Counted from the first letter of the stretch, positions 19,020 through 29,449 are shown. The stretch: 61,664 nucleotides of DNA from a virus (IMGVR_UViG_3300046488_000260:1-61664); one strand, 5' to 3'. Numbers and translations: made by a program. The notes: generated by a model not told the origin, from the sequence alone.

Positions 19020-19470
19020 TGGGGCGCTGGTTACGGTCATCATCGACTCGAGGGAGCAGGAGCCGCTCGGATTTGATCCTCGGCTGGTGATCGCGGTTCG
19101 CCGCGCATTGCCGGCTGGGGATTACTCCGTGGCCGGCCTCGAACACCTGATCGCGGTGGAGCGGAAGACCCTCGATGACTTCGTTGGCACCGTCATTCGC
19201 GCGCGCGGCCGCTTCTACGGCGAACTCCGCCGTCTGGAGCGCTACGCCCGGGCCTGCGTGGTAGTGGAAGCCGATTTGGGCGACGTACTCGCCGGCCGCT
19301 TCCGGGGCGACGCCCACCCCCAGACCATCCTCGGGAGCGCGCTGGCCATCGCCGTGGATTTCGGCATCCCGGTGTTCTTCTGTTCCAACCGGCAGATCGC
19401 CTGCCGGTTCGTCGAAGGCTACTTGTTGCGCGCGGCGGACAGGAGGGCTCAATGGTTCGAACAAAAGTAG
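19006..19470 (+). CDS. ERCC4-domain endonuclease
   Basis: IIDSREQ...LPAGDYS...VERKTLDD...VVVE. Confidence 0.85.
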   Translation: MSRSNGALVTVIIDSREQEPLGFDPRLVIAVRRALPAGDYSVAGLEHLIAVERKTLDDFVGTVIRARGRFYGELRRLERYARACVVVEADLGDVLAGRFRGDAHPQTILGSALAIAVDFGIPVFFCSNRQIACRFVEGYLLRAADRRAQWFEQK

Positions 19471-21656
19471 ATTCGGCGGCGGCCAGCATTCGTGGCGTAG
19501 TGCAGGCGGTGTACCACGCCGGGGCCAACTTCTGCGCAGGGCGAATTCGGACGGACGAAGGGAAGTTCGTCCGCTTCGCCGGGAAGGTCTTCGTGACGCC
19601 GAACGACCCGGTGTCCCTGCGTGGGCGCTGGGAGGAGCATCCGAAGTACGGCTGGCAGTTCGCGGTGGACTGGTTGGACGCGCAGGTCGATCTCGACCCT
19701 GCGGGCCTTGCCAACTACCTCGCGAATCATCCGGACATCCGCGGGATCGGCCCAGCGAAAGCGAAATTGATCGCGGAAACCTTCGGCGCGGATTTCGACC
19801 GCGTGATCCGCGAGACACCGGCCACCGTGGCGGCGGCAGCCAGGGTATCCCTGGAGCAGATTGACGAACTCCAGCGGATTTGGGTCCAGTCCGGCGATCT
19901 CAACGCGGCCATGACCTACTTGGCCGCCTTTGGCCTCACACACTTTCAAGTGACGACGCTGGTGGGGAACTTCGGCAACCATGTCGTGCCGATGCTGCGG
20001 GAAAACCCTTACATCCTCATCAGCGAAGTGCCGGGCTTCGGCTTCAAGCGCGTGGACAAAATCGCCAGACGCTTGGGCACGCCAAAGGAACTCCCGTCCC
20101 GGCTGCGGGCGGGGATCCTCTACACGGTCCAGGCCGCGCTCGACGACGGGGACTGCTGGGTCGAATACGAAGACCTGCTCGATCGCGCCAACACCCTGCT
20201 GGTACTGGACAACCTGGACAGCCGCGAGTTGATCGAGGGCCAACTCGAAGGGCTCCTGGGCGAGAAACGCCTGGTCTGTTGCCCCTATGAGCGGCTGGTG
20301 GTGGCGGACCCCGAGATTCACGAAATGGAAGAATACCTCGCCGGCGTTTTTCGCCATGCATCAGCGCGGAACCCACATTGGGAGGATCACATTCCCTCGG
20401 TAGCTTTCTTTGAACTGTTGAACGCGGAGCAGCGGACCGCGGTGGAGAATGCATTCGAGTTTTCCATCTCCCTGATGACCGGCGGCGCGGGCAGCGGCAA
20501 GACGTTCACGGTGAAGTCACTGATTGGCGGCTGCGAGGATCTGGGCCTCAGTTATGAACTGGCGGCGCCCACCGGTAAGGCGGCGAAGCGCTTGGAGCAG
20601 TCCGTGAAACGCCCGGCACGCACCCTTCACCGGCTACTCGGTTTCAACGGAAAGACGTTTTCGAAGGGCCCTGACGAGAAGATCGAGGTCGATTTTCTGG
20701 TGGTGGATGAGGTCTCGATGGTCGATGTGCCGCTGATGTACCGGTTGTTTCAGGCAATCGACCTCGGCCGCACAGCAGTGCTGCTGGTGGGTGATCACAA
20801 TCAGTTGCCGCCTGTGGGGCCGGGCAACGTCCTGCGCGATCTGGTTCAATCGCGCGCTATCCCGACCACGGTCCTGACCAAGATCATCCGCCAGGCCGGC
20901 GTGCTCAAGGAGAACTCCACCGCAATCCTGGACGGCATCGTTCGGCCAACCTGTGATGAGAAAGTTGACGGGTACAGGCCCTGGTACGTCGTCAACAACT
21001 TCACCGACCGGGAGCATGTCCGGTATTTTCTGGAGAAGTTGTTCGATGGGGTGCTTGCCGAACGCCTTGGCTTTGATCTGCTCCAGGATGTGCAGGTATT
21101 GACACCCATCCACAAAGGACCTCTGGGCACCGTCGAGTTGAACATCATCCTGCAGCGACTCATCCAGAAGAAGCTCTTCGGTGTGGTCGTGCCTGCTGTG
21201 GAGCCTGGGCACCGGCCTGAGTTCTTGCCGCGGGACAAAGTCATCCAGACCAAGAACGACTATGACCTCGGCGTGATGAACGGCGCGGTGGGGTTCATTG
21301 TCGACAACGACCCGAAGGACGGGCTTGCCGTCGATTTTGAGGGGCGCATAGTCGAAATCCCCAAGGACAGCGCCAAGGAATACAACCTGCAACTCGCTTA
21401 CGCGACCTCGATTCACAAGATGCAGGGCTCCGAGTTTCCGTGCGCCATAGTGATCACCCACAAGTCGCACTCGTTTATGCACCACCGAAATCTGCTGTAC
21501 ACGGCGGTGACGCGGGCGCAGAAGGCGGTCATTCTCCTCGGCGATCACTGGGGGATCGAGAATTGCGCGCTCAAACAGCAGGTGGACCGGCGGAACACGT
21601 TTCTGTCGTTCCTATTGCCCGAATCTGTTCCGCTGAAATCCGGGAGGCGGGAATGA
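19452..21656 (+). CDS. recD2: RecD2-like SF1B helicase
   Basis: HhH GIGPAKA, GGAGSGKT, APTGKAAKRL, VVDEVSM, GDHNQLPPVG, YATSIHKMQGSE, LLYTAVTRA. Confidence 0.9.
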   Translation: MVRTKVDSAAASIRGVVQAVYHAGANFCAGRIRTDEGKFVRFAGKVFVTPNDPVSLRGRWEEHPKYGWQFAVDWLDAQVDLDPAGLANYLANHPDIRGIGPAKAKLIAETFGADFDRVIRETPATVAAAARVSLEQIDELQRIWVQSGDLNAAMTYLAAFGLTHFQVTTLVGNFGNHVVPMLRENPYILISEVPGFGFKRVDKIARRLGTPKELPSRLRAGILYTVQAALDDGDCWVEYEDLLDRANTLLVLDNLDSRELIEGQLEGLLGEKRLVCCPYERLVVADPEIHEMEEYLAGVFRHASARNPHWEDHIPSVAFFELLNAEQRTAVENAFEFSISLMTGGAGSGKTFTVKSLIGGCEDLGLSYELAAPTGKAAKRLEQSVKRPARTLHRLLGFNGKTFSKGPDEKIEVDFLVVDEVSMVDVPLMYRLFQAIDLGRTAVLLVGDHNQLPPVGPGNVLRDLVQSRAIPTTVLTKIIRQAGVLKENSTAILDGIVRPTCDEKVDGYRPWYVVNNFTDREHVRYFLEKLFDGVLAERLGFDLLQDVQVLTPIHKGPLGTVELNIILQRLIQKKLFGVVVPAVEPGHRPEFLPRDKVIQTKNDYDLGVMNGAVGFIVDNDPKDGLAVDFEGRIVEIPKDSAKEYNLQLAYATSIHKMQGSEFPCAIVITHKSHSFMHHRNLLYTAVTRAQKAVILLGDHWGIENCALKQQVDRRNTFLSFLLPESVPLKSGRRE

Positions 21657-24100
21657 AGACCCTCGATTTCAACCCCTCGGAGGTCGCGAGCTACTACAAG
21701 GCGCGCTTCCCCGACTTGAAACAGGGTGGTCCGGAGTGGCGTGGTGCCTGCCCGGTTCACCAGGGCGACGATGCCAACTTCGCCGTGAACCCCGAGAACG
21801 GACTTGCCTACTGCCACTCGCAATGCGGCCGCGGGTGGAACATCCTGCAGCTGGAGCAGGAGCTCAGTGGGCGGGCGTGGAAGGAGTGCCGGCAGGAAGT
21901 CCACTCGCTGGTCGGACGGCCGAAGGCACTCTCGCGCCTGCAGGAAGTTGCCACCTACGATTACACGGATTCAAAAGGCGAGTTCCTGTTCCAGGTGGTA
22001 CGCTACGAGCCGAAAACATTCCGCCAGCGCCGGAAGGTCGTCAAGCTGGATGGCACGAGCGCAGGGATCGCTTGGGAGTACAACATCAAGGGCATCAGCC
22101 GAGTGCTTTACCGGCTCCCGCGGGTCGTCGCCGGGGACCAGGTTCTGCTGGTGGAAGGCGAGAAGGACGTCGGGAACCTCGAAAAACTCGGGTTTGTGGC
22201 AACGTGCAACCCGGGCGGCGCCTGCGCGCACGCCGGCAAATGGCTCAAGAATTATACGGAGAGTCTCGACGGGAAGCGAGTGGTTATTCTCCCGGACAAC
22301 GACACGCCGGGCCAGAAGCACGCCGAAATCGTCGTCCAGGCAATTCGGCACCGAGTCGCGGAACTCAGGATTGCGGTCATACCGGTGGGCAAGGATGCCT
22401 CTGACTGGATCGCGGCGGGCGCGACACGCGAAACAATCCAGCAGGCGATCGATGCGGCGCCCGTCATCGCGACGCGAACAGTGGCGGGAGATGGCTCGTC
22501 GGACGGGCCGGCGCCGCCCAATTCCTCCACCGCGCGCAGCGCACCGGGACTTCCTCAGATCCAGATCAACGATCGCCCGTTTCGAACCATCTGCCAGGAC
22601 TCCTTCGACGCGTTGATCTCATCCAACTCCCCACCCCATTGTTTTGTCCGGACCTGCCGCATCGCATGCATTGAAGCCACCGAGTTGGGGCGTCCTTTCA
22701 TTGCGGACTTTGACGAGGCGAAGCTACGCCACTACCTGGCGCAGGCAGCCGATTTCTACGAACTTTCCGCGCGCGGTGCTCGGAAAGAGGCTCCTCCGCC
22801 CCTGGATGTGGCCAAGAATATCCAGGCGCGCGACCCCTCCAGTTGGGGATTCCCGGTACTCGAGGCCGTTGTTGAGGCCCCCACGCTCCGGCCCGACGGC
22901 ACAGTGCTCGTGCAGCCCGGGTACGACGCCGCCAGCCGCCTGTATCTCGTGCCTTCCCCCGGCCTGGAGAATGTCGAAGTGCCCGAGCAGCCATGCCGCG
23001 ACCACATCGGAGCTGCCCTCGATGTCATCAGGGACGCGATCAGCGACTTCCCGTTCGTCGATCAGTCGAGCTACGCCAATGCGGTGGGCGCGATGGTGAC
23101 GTCGGTGTGCCGCCATATCATCAGGGGGCCCGTACCGCTGGCGCTGTTTGATGCCACCACCCAGGGGACCGGCAAAACGCTACTGGCCGAAGTGATCGCA
23201 ATCATTCTCACGGGGCGCCCTGCGGAGTTGATGTCGGCGCCCACCGAGGCCGAAGAATGGCGTAAGCAGCTGACGAGCATTCTGATCGAAGCGCCCTCGC
23301 TGGTCATCATTGACAACGTCACAACGCCGTTGGACTCCGGAGATCTCTCCAAAGTCATCACGGGAGACATGCACCGGGATCGCGTGCTCGGCAAGTCGAA
23401 GACCGTCTCGGTTCCGGTTCGGTGCTCCTGGATCGCCACTGGCAACAACCTGCAGCTCGGCGGGGACATGGCGCGGCGATGTTATTGGATTCGCATGGAT
23501 GCCGGCTGCGCGGATCCCTTCCGGCGCACCGGCTTCAAACATGAGCGGTTGAAGGAATACCTTCTCGAACACCGCCGGGAATTGCTGATCGCCCTGTTGA
23601 CGTTGGCACGGGCGTGGTTTGCGGCCGGCCAGCCCAGATCCTCGGTTCCGCCCGTGGGCAGCTTCGAACGCTGGACGGAGGTTGTTTCCGGGATCCTGGA
23701 ATACGCTCGCCTGGAAGGCTTCCTGGGCAACAGCGAGAAGCTGTTTGAGCAGTCCGATATGGAACGCACCGACTGGGAGAGCTTCCTGGAGGCGATCGAG
23801 GATGCGTTTCAGGGGGCGGCCTTTACCGTCGCCGAACTTTGGGAACGGCTCAATGAGAAGACTTACGAGGATCTGGTGCGGCAGTCCGTTCTCACCGATC
23901 GCGCGGAGGAACTGCGCAATGCGCTTCCGATTGATCTCACCCGCTGGATGGACCGGGAGGGGCAGTTCAAGCAGCGGCTCGGCATAGCATTCAATTCGCG
24001 TCGCGGCCAGCGGTTCGGCAAACGCCAGATGCGGGTCGAGCGCGCCGCGGGCGATACCCACGTCAAGGTCGCACGTTGGAGGGTAGTGGCCAATGCGTAG
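21653..24100 (+). CDS. Primase-helicase (CHC2 zinc finger, TOPRIM, P-loop domain)
   Basis: CPVH...YCHSQC; LVEGEKD...PDND TOPRIM; TTQGTGKT Walker A and IIDNV; GGGAGG RBS. Confidence 0.85.
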   Translation: MKTLDFNPSEVASYYKARFPDLKQGGPEWRGACPVHQGDDANFAVNPENGLAYCHSQCGRGWNILQLEQELSGRAWKECRQEVHSLVGRPKALSRLQEVATYDYTDSKGEFLFQVVRYEPKTFRQRRKVVKLDGTSAGIAWEYNIKGISRVLYRLPRVVAGDQVLLVEGEKDVGNLEKLGFVATCNPGGACAHAGKWLKNYTESLDGKRVVILPDNDTPGQKHAEIVVQAIRHRVAELRIAVIPVGKDASDWIAAGATRETIQQAIDAAPVIATRTVAGDGSSDGPAPPNSSTARSAPGLPQIQINDRPFRTICQDSFDALISSNSPPHCFVRTCRIACIEATELGRPFIADFDEAKLRHYLAQAADFYELSARGARKEAPPPLDVAKNIQARDPSSWGFPVLEAVVEAPTLRPDGTVLVQPGYDAASRLYLVPSPGLENVEVPEQPCRDHIGAALDVIRDAISDFPFVDQSSYANAVGAMVTSVCRHIIRGPVPLALFDATTQGTGKTLLAEVIAIILTGRPAELMSAPTEAEEWRKQLTSILIEAPSLVIIDNVTTPLDSGDLSKVITGDMHRDRVLGKSKTVSVPVRCSWIATGNNLQLGGDMARRCYWIRMDAGCADPFRRTGFKHERLKEYLLEHRRELLIALLTLARAWFAAGQPRSSVPPVGSFERWTEVVSGILEYARLEGFLGNSEKLFEQSDMERTDWESFLEAIEDAFQGAAFTVAELWERLNEKTYEDLVRQSVLTDRAEELRNALPIDLTRWMDREGQFKQRLGIAFNSRRGQRFGKRQMRVERAAGDTHVKVARWRVVANA

Positions 24101-25106
24101 CCTGAGTCCCCGCGGAGCCCCGCGCTTTTGCGGGAGGTCAAAACACGAGCCCCCGCGTGTTAAGTATCTATCCATCAAATGCTTACCGGGAATCGCGGGG
24201 ACTCGCGGGAATTTCCAAAGGTGGGCTGCGCCTATATGCGCGCGCGTAACGCGTGATGCGCGTAATGCGTGTAAGTGTGTAACTCACACATGCAAGAGTA
24301 TAAAAAAGTCCCCGCAGGTCCCCTCAAATCTCTTTATGCCTACGACAAACAAACAGTTAATGTGCGGGGATTCGCCAAACTCATCCCCCGCAGAGTCCCG
24401 GCAGGTCCCCGCCGTTTGTAACAGTTCTGCGGCCATTTGGGTGTCCACGGACCTAAAATCGTGGTGCCCACGGGATCCGGGCTTCATCGCGCGGGACTGC
24501 CAAATCGATGATCGGTGCTTTCGGCGGCTCGATCCCGAGTACTTCGCCTGGCTCAAAGGTCGAATGCACGCCGTCAAGGCAGCCGCGGATGCCGGGCGGG
24601 TGCCGGCGGAGGAATTTGACGAGCTTCGCCGGCGGTTCAACGGGGTTCAAACCCGGGCAATCGAGGCCTTCGGCGACGCCGTGCTTTTGGACGCCATACG
24701 CGCGTTCGACGCGGAGCGCTACCGCCCACCCCTGCCGGAGCCTGTCGAGCCCGTGAAGGCGCTGGAAACCGCGGCGCGGCCGAGCCCAGAGTCCGAACGC
24801 ATGACGCGCGCACGGAAACTGGTTGATGAAATTCGTGACCAGGCGCTGGCGGTTGGCTGGACCATGGACAGCCTGTATTTCGCGGACGGATACGAGCGAC
24901 GCCCGATCGGCCCCCGGTACGGACTGGTCTGCTATGTCGGCGCCCAGGACCGGATTGGCGAAGTCACGCGCCAGGCCATCGAGTTGCTTGGGATGCCGCC
25001 GGTGGAAACGAGACTGCGATTCTACAATCCGGATGTGGAGCAGCCGTGGGTGATCCGGAGTGCAGGACGGCAACCGAGAACGCCCTCGCCCAAACTAACT
25101 GATTAG
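24093..25106 (+). CDS. Hypothetical protein (true start probably downstream of the repeat region)
   Basis: The first ~100 codons overlap the repeats; the later part (RRLDPEYFAWLK...FYNPDVEQPW) has normal coding bias. Confidence 0.6.
   Translation: MRSLSPRGAPRFCGRSKHEPPRVKYLSIKCLPGIAGTRGNFQRWAAPICARVTRDARNACKCVTHTCKSIKKSPQVPSNLFMPTTNKQLMCGDSPNSSPAESRQVPAVCNSSAAIWVSTDLKSWCPRDPGFIARDCQIDDRCFRRLDPEYFAWLKGRMHAVKAAADAGRVPAEEFDELRRRFNGVQTRAIEAFGDAVLLDAIRAFDAERYRPPLPEPVEPVKALETAARPSPESERMTRARKLVDEIRDQALAVGWTMDSLYFADGYERRPIGPRYGLVCYVGAQDRIGEVTRQAIELLGMPPVETRLRFYNPDVEQPWVIRSAGRQPRTPSPKLTD
24106..24412. repeat. GTCCCCGC direct and inverted repeats, putative replication origin
   Basis: GTCCCCGC at 24106, 24308 and 24405, inverted at 24195, plus near-matches, interleaved with AT-rich stretches right after the primase gene. 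Confidence 0.55.
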
Positions 25107-26621
25107 AATCACGTCATCGGCGCTCGACGATCTTGGCTCTCCCCTTTCAAAAGTGCCAAAAACAATGGTCTTTCTTTTCATGCTGACGCCAACGCCATAA
25201 CCGTGCGGTATCCACATGGGACCATGGTCCCCTTTGAACTCCCCCATATCACCGAAATAGTACTCATATGGTCGGTACGTGTCGAGCGACAGGTAATAGC
25301 CGCTGCCTGGCCTTGCATCATCCCAACGGCCGGCGAACGTCCTAAGGTCCGGGAAATCCATGACGCCATAAGGCCCAAACTTTCCACCAGACAGCTGTCC
25401 GCTGTAACGGGAGATCTGATTCGGAGTGAACCGTTTTGAGATCAGATAGATCTTGTACTGTCCGAGGCCATCCTCGGTGCGCTGGCTTACTTGACCAGCG
25501 TATTCGTCGCCAGAGTTCCACAGTACTATCCCGAGCCTCCCCAAGCCTTCATGACGGCTCTCCGCGGTTAAGACGCGACGTTCTCCCTCGGGAATCTCAA
25601 GTGCCGCCAATCTTTTCGCCAGGATCGTTCGGGCGCGCTGGGCGACCACAGCCGCTTGATCTGCGCACTCAAACGCCTTCTGCGCTGTTGTCCGAGCATC
25701 ACTGAAAACGCGCGCATACTGCGGGGCCTTAGCCTCAAGAGCGTCCGAAATTCTCTGCAAGAGCCGTTCGTCTCCGTTTAGTATCCCTCGCCCTGGGCTT
25801 TGATCGAACGTTGTACCGCCGTGGTTGGTCGGCAATTCCAAGCCCTCGATGAAAGCTCTGGTAAATGCTGCCGCGGCATTAGCGGCGTAGGCTCTCCACG
25901 CAGAGCGCTGACCGCTGCCAGCCGCGGCTTTATTCCCAGGTTCGTCAGAGATCCCTCGGATCATTAGGAACCCAGCTTGGCCCTCGATCTGGGCTAACCT
26001 GGCGCTCGCGCCAGCCCCCAGGCCTTCCATTTCCACAGCGTGGATTTCTGGAAAGGCGGCTTCTACAGCAGAATAGAACGGGTGGCCCGGATCATCGACG
26101 ACCTTGTCAGATGACGCTACGTAACAGTCGACGTGTGCCGTGGACGCCTTTCGGCCCTTTCGGTCAGGACGTTTCTCTTCGATATAACTCCGCCATCCCT
26201 GTTCTTTGCTGGATGCGGTGACTTCCGCGTACGCCAGCAGGCCTCGGTCGCAAACGATATCAAGTTCCGGCCTGCGAACGAACGCCCCGCCCATCAGCTT
26301 GCCGTAGTCGAAACTGTGGATCACATTAGCCACGATGACGTCGCCTCGATGGACTTTCCGCTTCGGGAAGCCGCCCGCGATTCCAACCAAGAGTAGGCAT
26401 CTCGGCCTTGATCGTTCTAGGACTAAAGTCGCGCACGATGCGGTCTTCTCTTGCCCTTTTCCAGATGCACAACACAGTACGGAGTATTTCCCAACCGTCC
26501 CAACTTTGGTCGGCAGCGGGGCGCCCTTGACAGGGGTGGCCTTCGCGATGTGGTTCAACATCGCGTCCCGCTCGCCGGCGGTGGGGGTTAGGATGGCGAT
26601 ATCCACTTGGGGCAGCTTCAC
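25095..26621 (-). CDS. PNP_UDP_1 (MTA/SAH nucleosidase-like) domain fused to MORN-like repeats
   Basis: LLLVGIAGG, GDVIVA, AVEMEG, IRGISD; C-terminal YAGQ...GLG / YSGQ...YG / FAGRW / YFGD...HGYG repeats. Confidence 0.8.
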   Translation of the reverse strand: MKLPQVDIAILTPTAGERDAMLNHIAKATPVKGAPLPTKVGTVGKYSVLCCASGKGQEKTASCATLVLERSRPRCLLLVGIAGGFPKRKVHRGDVIVANVIHSFDYGKLMGGAFVRRPELDIVCDRGLLAYAEVTASSKEQGWRSYIEEKRPDRKGRKASTAHVDCYVASSDKVVDDPGHPFYSAVEAAFPEIHAVEMEGLGAGASARLAQIEGQAGFLMIRGISDEPGNKAAAGSGQRSAWRAYAANAAAAFTRAFIEGLELPTNHGGTTFDQSPGRGILNGDERLLQRISDALEAKAPQYARVFSDARTTAQKAFECADQAAVVAQRARTILAKRLAALEIPEGERRVLTAESRHEGLGRLGIVLWNSGDEYAGQVSQRTEDGLGQYKIYLISKRFTPNQISRYSGQLSGGKFGPYGVMDFPDLRTFAGRWDDARPGSGYYLSLDTYRPYEYYFGDMGEFKGDHGPMWIPHGYGVGVSMKRKTIVFGTFERGEPRSSSADDVILIS

Positions 26622-26779
26622 TTAAACCTCGCTTTGAAACTTGCAGTTGTGGTCGATCCTGATTTTGCCTCGACACATGATTGTACCGAAGCACTTGTCC
26701 TCGTTGCGGCTTGCGATGGCGCAGGTTCGATCAAGTTTTGCGCGAGGGACTCTGGCAAAAGAACCTGATTTGGTTATTG

Positions 26780-26809
26780 TTTACACTTTTCCGGCGCCTT
26801 GCGTATATT
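26780..26809 (+). promoter_or_regulatory. Putative sigma70 promoter for the downstream (late) region
   Basis: TTTACA-18 nt-TATATT in an AT-rich intergenic patch. Confidence 0.5.
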
Positions 26810-26962
26810 TATAGTGAAGTTCGTTGTTCGATAGGCAAGCGCAAAGCGCCCCCCTCCGAAATCTCCATCCCCATTCGCTCTCAGAGCGACGTACCGGCGG
26901 GCCGGGCGCAAAAATAGTCCGACATCCCCGCAGCGCAACCATTGTGCCCAAGTGTCCAAGCC

Positions 26963-27322
26963 ATGAGAATTCCTGTATTTGCAGGCCCCCGGATCATCGA
27001 GATGTGTGATCACATCAGCGTGCGCCGGTATATCGGAGCGCCGAATGCCGAACTTGTGCGCAAGCGCAAGACCGGTCAAATCGTCCAGGTCAATCTGGAG
27101 CCGCACGGCGATGATTCGCTCCTTCCATCTCGGCATGATGATGCCGGCCCTACGTATCGCGAACAGCTCGGGCCGCACCCACTGGTGGTAGTCAAGCGGC
27201 TGAATCCAGCAACGGGCCAGCTGGTCCGATGGTCGGATCGCGACAAATTCAATCCGCGCCGGTTCAATCCAGATGCAATTCCGGCCCCAGTTATCCCCAC
27301 GCGCAGGGTGAACTTTCGATGA
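26963..27322 (+). CDS. Hypothetical protein
   Basis: ORF MRIPVFAGPRII... just downstream of the promoter. Confidence 0.55.
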   Translation: MRIPVFAGPRIIEMCDHISVRRYIGAPNAELVRKRKTGQIVQVNLEPHGDDSLLPSRHDDAGPTYREQLGPHPLVVVKRLNPATGQLVRWSDRDKFNPRRFNPDAIPAPVIPTRRVNFR

Positions 27323-27491
27323 CGCGCAAAGGCAGCACCGGTGGCAGGCACATCACGATGGAACGCGGGCTGAGACCTGGATGGTGCGGCTGGCCTTTTC
27401 GTCGGGAGCTTCGTGAATTGGCCGCCAGGTGCTTGGCTGGGCAGCGCCGGACGTCGGCACCAGCCATCCCATCCCCGAGTGAGGCCAAGCC

Positions 27492-27764
27492 ATGCCAGGC
27501 GTAATCACACCGGAGATCCTGGCGGAACGCGTCTGCCGGACGCTTGATATCTCGGTGAAGGACAACGCCGAGAATCTGACGGAGATCCTGCGAACCGCTC
27601 TCAGTGAGACGCGTGAGATGGCAATCGGAGCGGCAAAGGCTGTCTGCCTGGAGATCGCCGAGGATGAAGCCGAGCGATGCCGCAGCGTTGGGGCGACTGT
27701 CGCGCAGCAGACGGCACTCACCATCGCTGCACGTATCCGAAAGCGGCACATCGACGTGGGGTGA
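27492..27764 (+). CDS. Hypothetical protein
   Basis: GAGG RBS; helical 90-aa ORF (CLEIAEDEAERC...IAARIR). Confidence 0.65.
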   Translation: MPGVITPEILAERVCRTLDISVKDNAENLTEILRTALSETREMAIGAAKAVCLEIAEDEAERCRSVGATVAQQTALTIAARIRKRHIDVG

Positions 27765-27940
27765 TAGCGGGCAGGGGGCGGCTGGGCACGCCCGAGGCGG
27801 CGGGTGGGTCACACAGGCAACCGGGAGCCGCAGGACGCAACACGGGCGCCGGGGGCGCGAACGGGTGGCTAAACACTGCCGCGCCGGCACTGCCCCAGGA
27901 TCGCAGGACCGCGCTCTGAAATCGCAGGATCACCAAGCGC

Positions 27941-28858
27941 ATGCCTACCTGTAGACACTGTAAATCAACGGGATCCTCCGTCACGTGGGGCCGGTATGCA
28001 CCGACCAAACAAAATCCAGCCGGGAGACTCCACATGTTGTGTCCTGCCTGTGACGAGGTGGAACTCCGACGTCAATCCGCGATCGCGCAAGCCCATGCCA
28101 GAGGCTACGCGAGCGTTGCGAACACACCCGAATACAAACGGATGCAGCACGAACGCGATGCCACCCAGCAGGGACGAACATTGCGCGCCTACGTCTCGAA
28201 GGCTGAACGGGAACGCCACGCATTGTTCTTGCGGGCCGATCGCGAAGCACACCGAGTTCGGCGGCGCTACTTCCGCGCGGTGCTACTGGGATGGAATCGG
28301 ATGGTCTTGACGAGCACTAACGTTGTGGAGGAGAACCGCAAGAGAGACGCGGCGAAGAGCCGGGAATACTACCATCAGAACCTTCAGCAATCGCGCCGTA
28401 AGACAGCGATGTACAAGGCGGCCCACCCGGAATGGGCCATTCAACACCAGGAGATGCGGACGGACCGCATCAAAGCGATGGACGATGGCACGCTGACGGT
28501 GCCAGTAATTAGACAGTTGAAGGCGCTGGCGCAACGCTGTGCTTACTGCGACGGTACATTTGTCGGTGCTGGAGACAAGCAGACGGACCACATGGTCGCG
28601 CTTTGTCACGGTGGTGAGCACAGCAGGCGAAACGTCGTGATCGTTTGCCGAAGATGCAACGGCCGGAAGGCCCGCTTGACCTACGCCCAGTGGCTAGACC
28701 GTGTTGATCCGCAGCACTTGGAGCGGGCGGTAGCGCTGTTCCAAGAGCGTTACGGGCTTGGCGTCCCGGCACCCCAGGGCGACGCGGTTGACTCATTTGT
28801 CGGACTGGTAGCAGCCAACGCGACGCGGGCGCCCCTCTTGCCAATGTGGGGCGTGTGA
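27941..28858 (+). CDS. HNH endonuclease
   Basis: CAYC...TDHMVALCHGGEHSRRNVVIVCRRCNGRK; N-terminal CxxC pairs. Confidence 0.85.
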   Translation: MPTCRHCKSTGSSVTWGRYAPTKQNPAGRLHMLCPACDEVELRRQSAIAQAHARGYASVANTPEYKRMQHERDATQQGRTLRAYVSKAERERHALFLRADREAHRVRRRYFRAVLLGWNRMVLTSTNVVEENRKRDAAKSREYYHQNLQQSRRKTAMYKAAHPEWAIQHQEMRTDRIKAMDDGTLTVPVIRQLKALAQRCAYCDGTFVGAGDKQTDHMVALCHGGEHSRRNVVIVCRRCNGRKARLTYAQWLDRVDPQHLERAVALFQERYGLGVPAPQGDAVDSFVGLVAANATRAPLLPMWGV

Positions 28859-29218
28859 CGGCAACCAGGCACCGTGGCACCAAATCGCAGGTACTGGGAA
28901 TCGACTTTTTCTTTGGCGGTGGATTGGCGGCAAACCCACTTCAGTATGACCGACTTTATCAGGTGCGCAGGGTCGGTACGCGATCCGGTACGCACTGCTG
29001 TATCTCATTGACAGCACAGATGAAAGCCGATTCGAGCAAGGTGGTGGAGACCGGCGCTCGTTTGGGTGGATGCCACCCGCCCCACGGCACCGTGGTCGGG
29101 CGAGATGATCCTCGACCGTGACGTTCGCCGCCGGCGGCATGAGACGTTCTTCGCGGTGAGCGGGGCTGAATCGGCTCCGGACGGGCACAGCCGGATCGCG
29201 GAAAGGGCGCGGATGTAG

Positions 29219-29449
29219 ATGATCGAGTTCCGGCTGTTATGGAAAGAGAAGATCCCGGGCCTGCTGACGATGCAGACGTTCGCCGGTGTGGTCACCACCG
29301 ACTTCGCGGCGGTCCATGGGGAACTTGTCGCGCGCCACGCCGCGCCAGGATATGGCAGCCTCTTCATTGAGGCGCGTGAGGCGACGGCAGATCTGTGGCC
29401 CGCACCCGGCGAGAGCAGCATTCCTCCCCTCGGCCGCAGTGTTCGCTGA
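29219..29449 (+). CDS. Small hypothetical protein
   Basis: 76-aa ORF with coding-like composition. Confidence 0.4.
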   Translation: MIEFRLLWKEKIPGLLTMQTFAGVVTTDFAAVHGELVARHAAPGYGSLFIEAREATADLWPAPGESSIPPLGRSVR

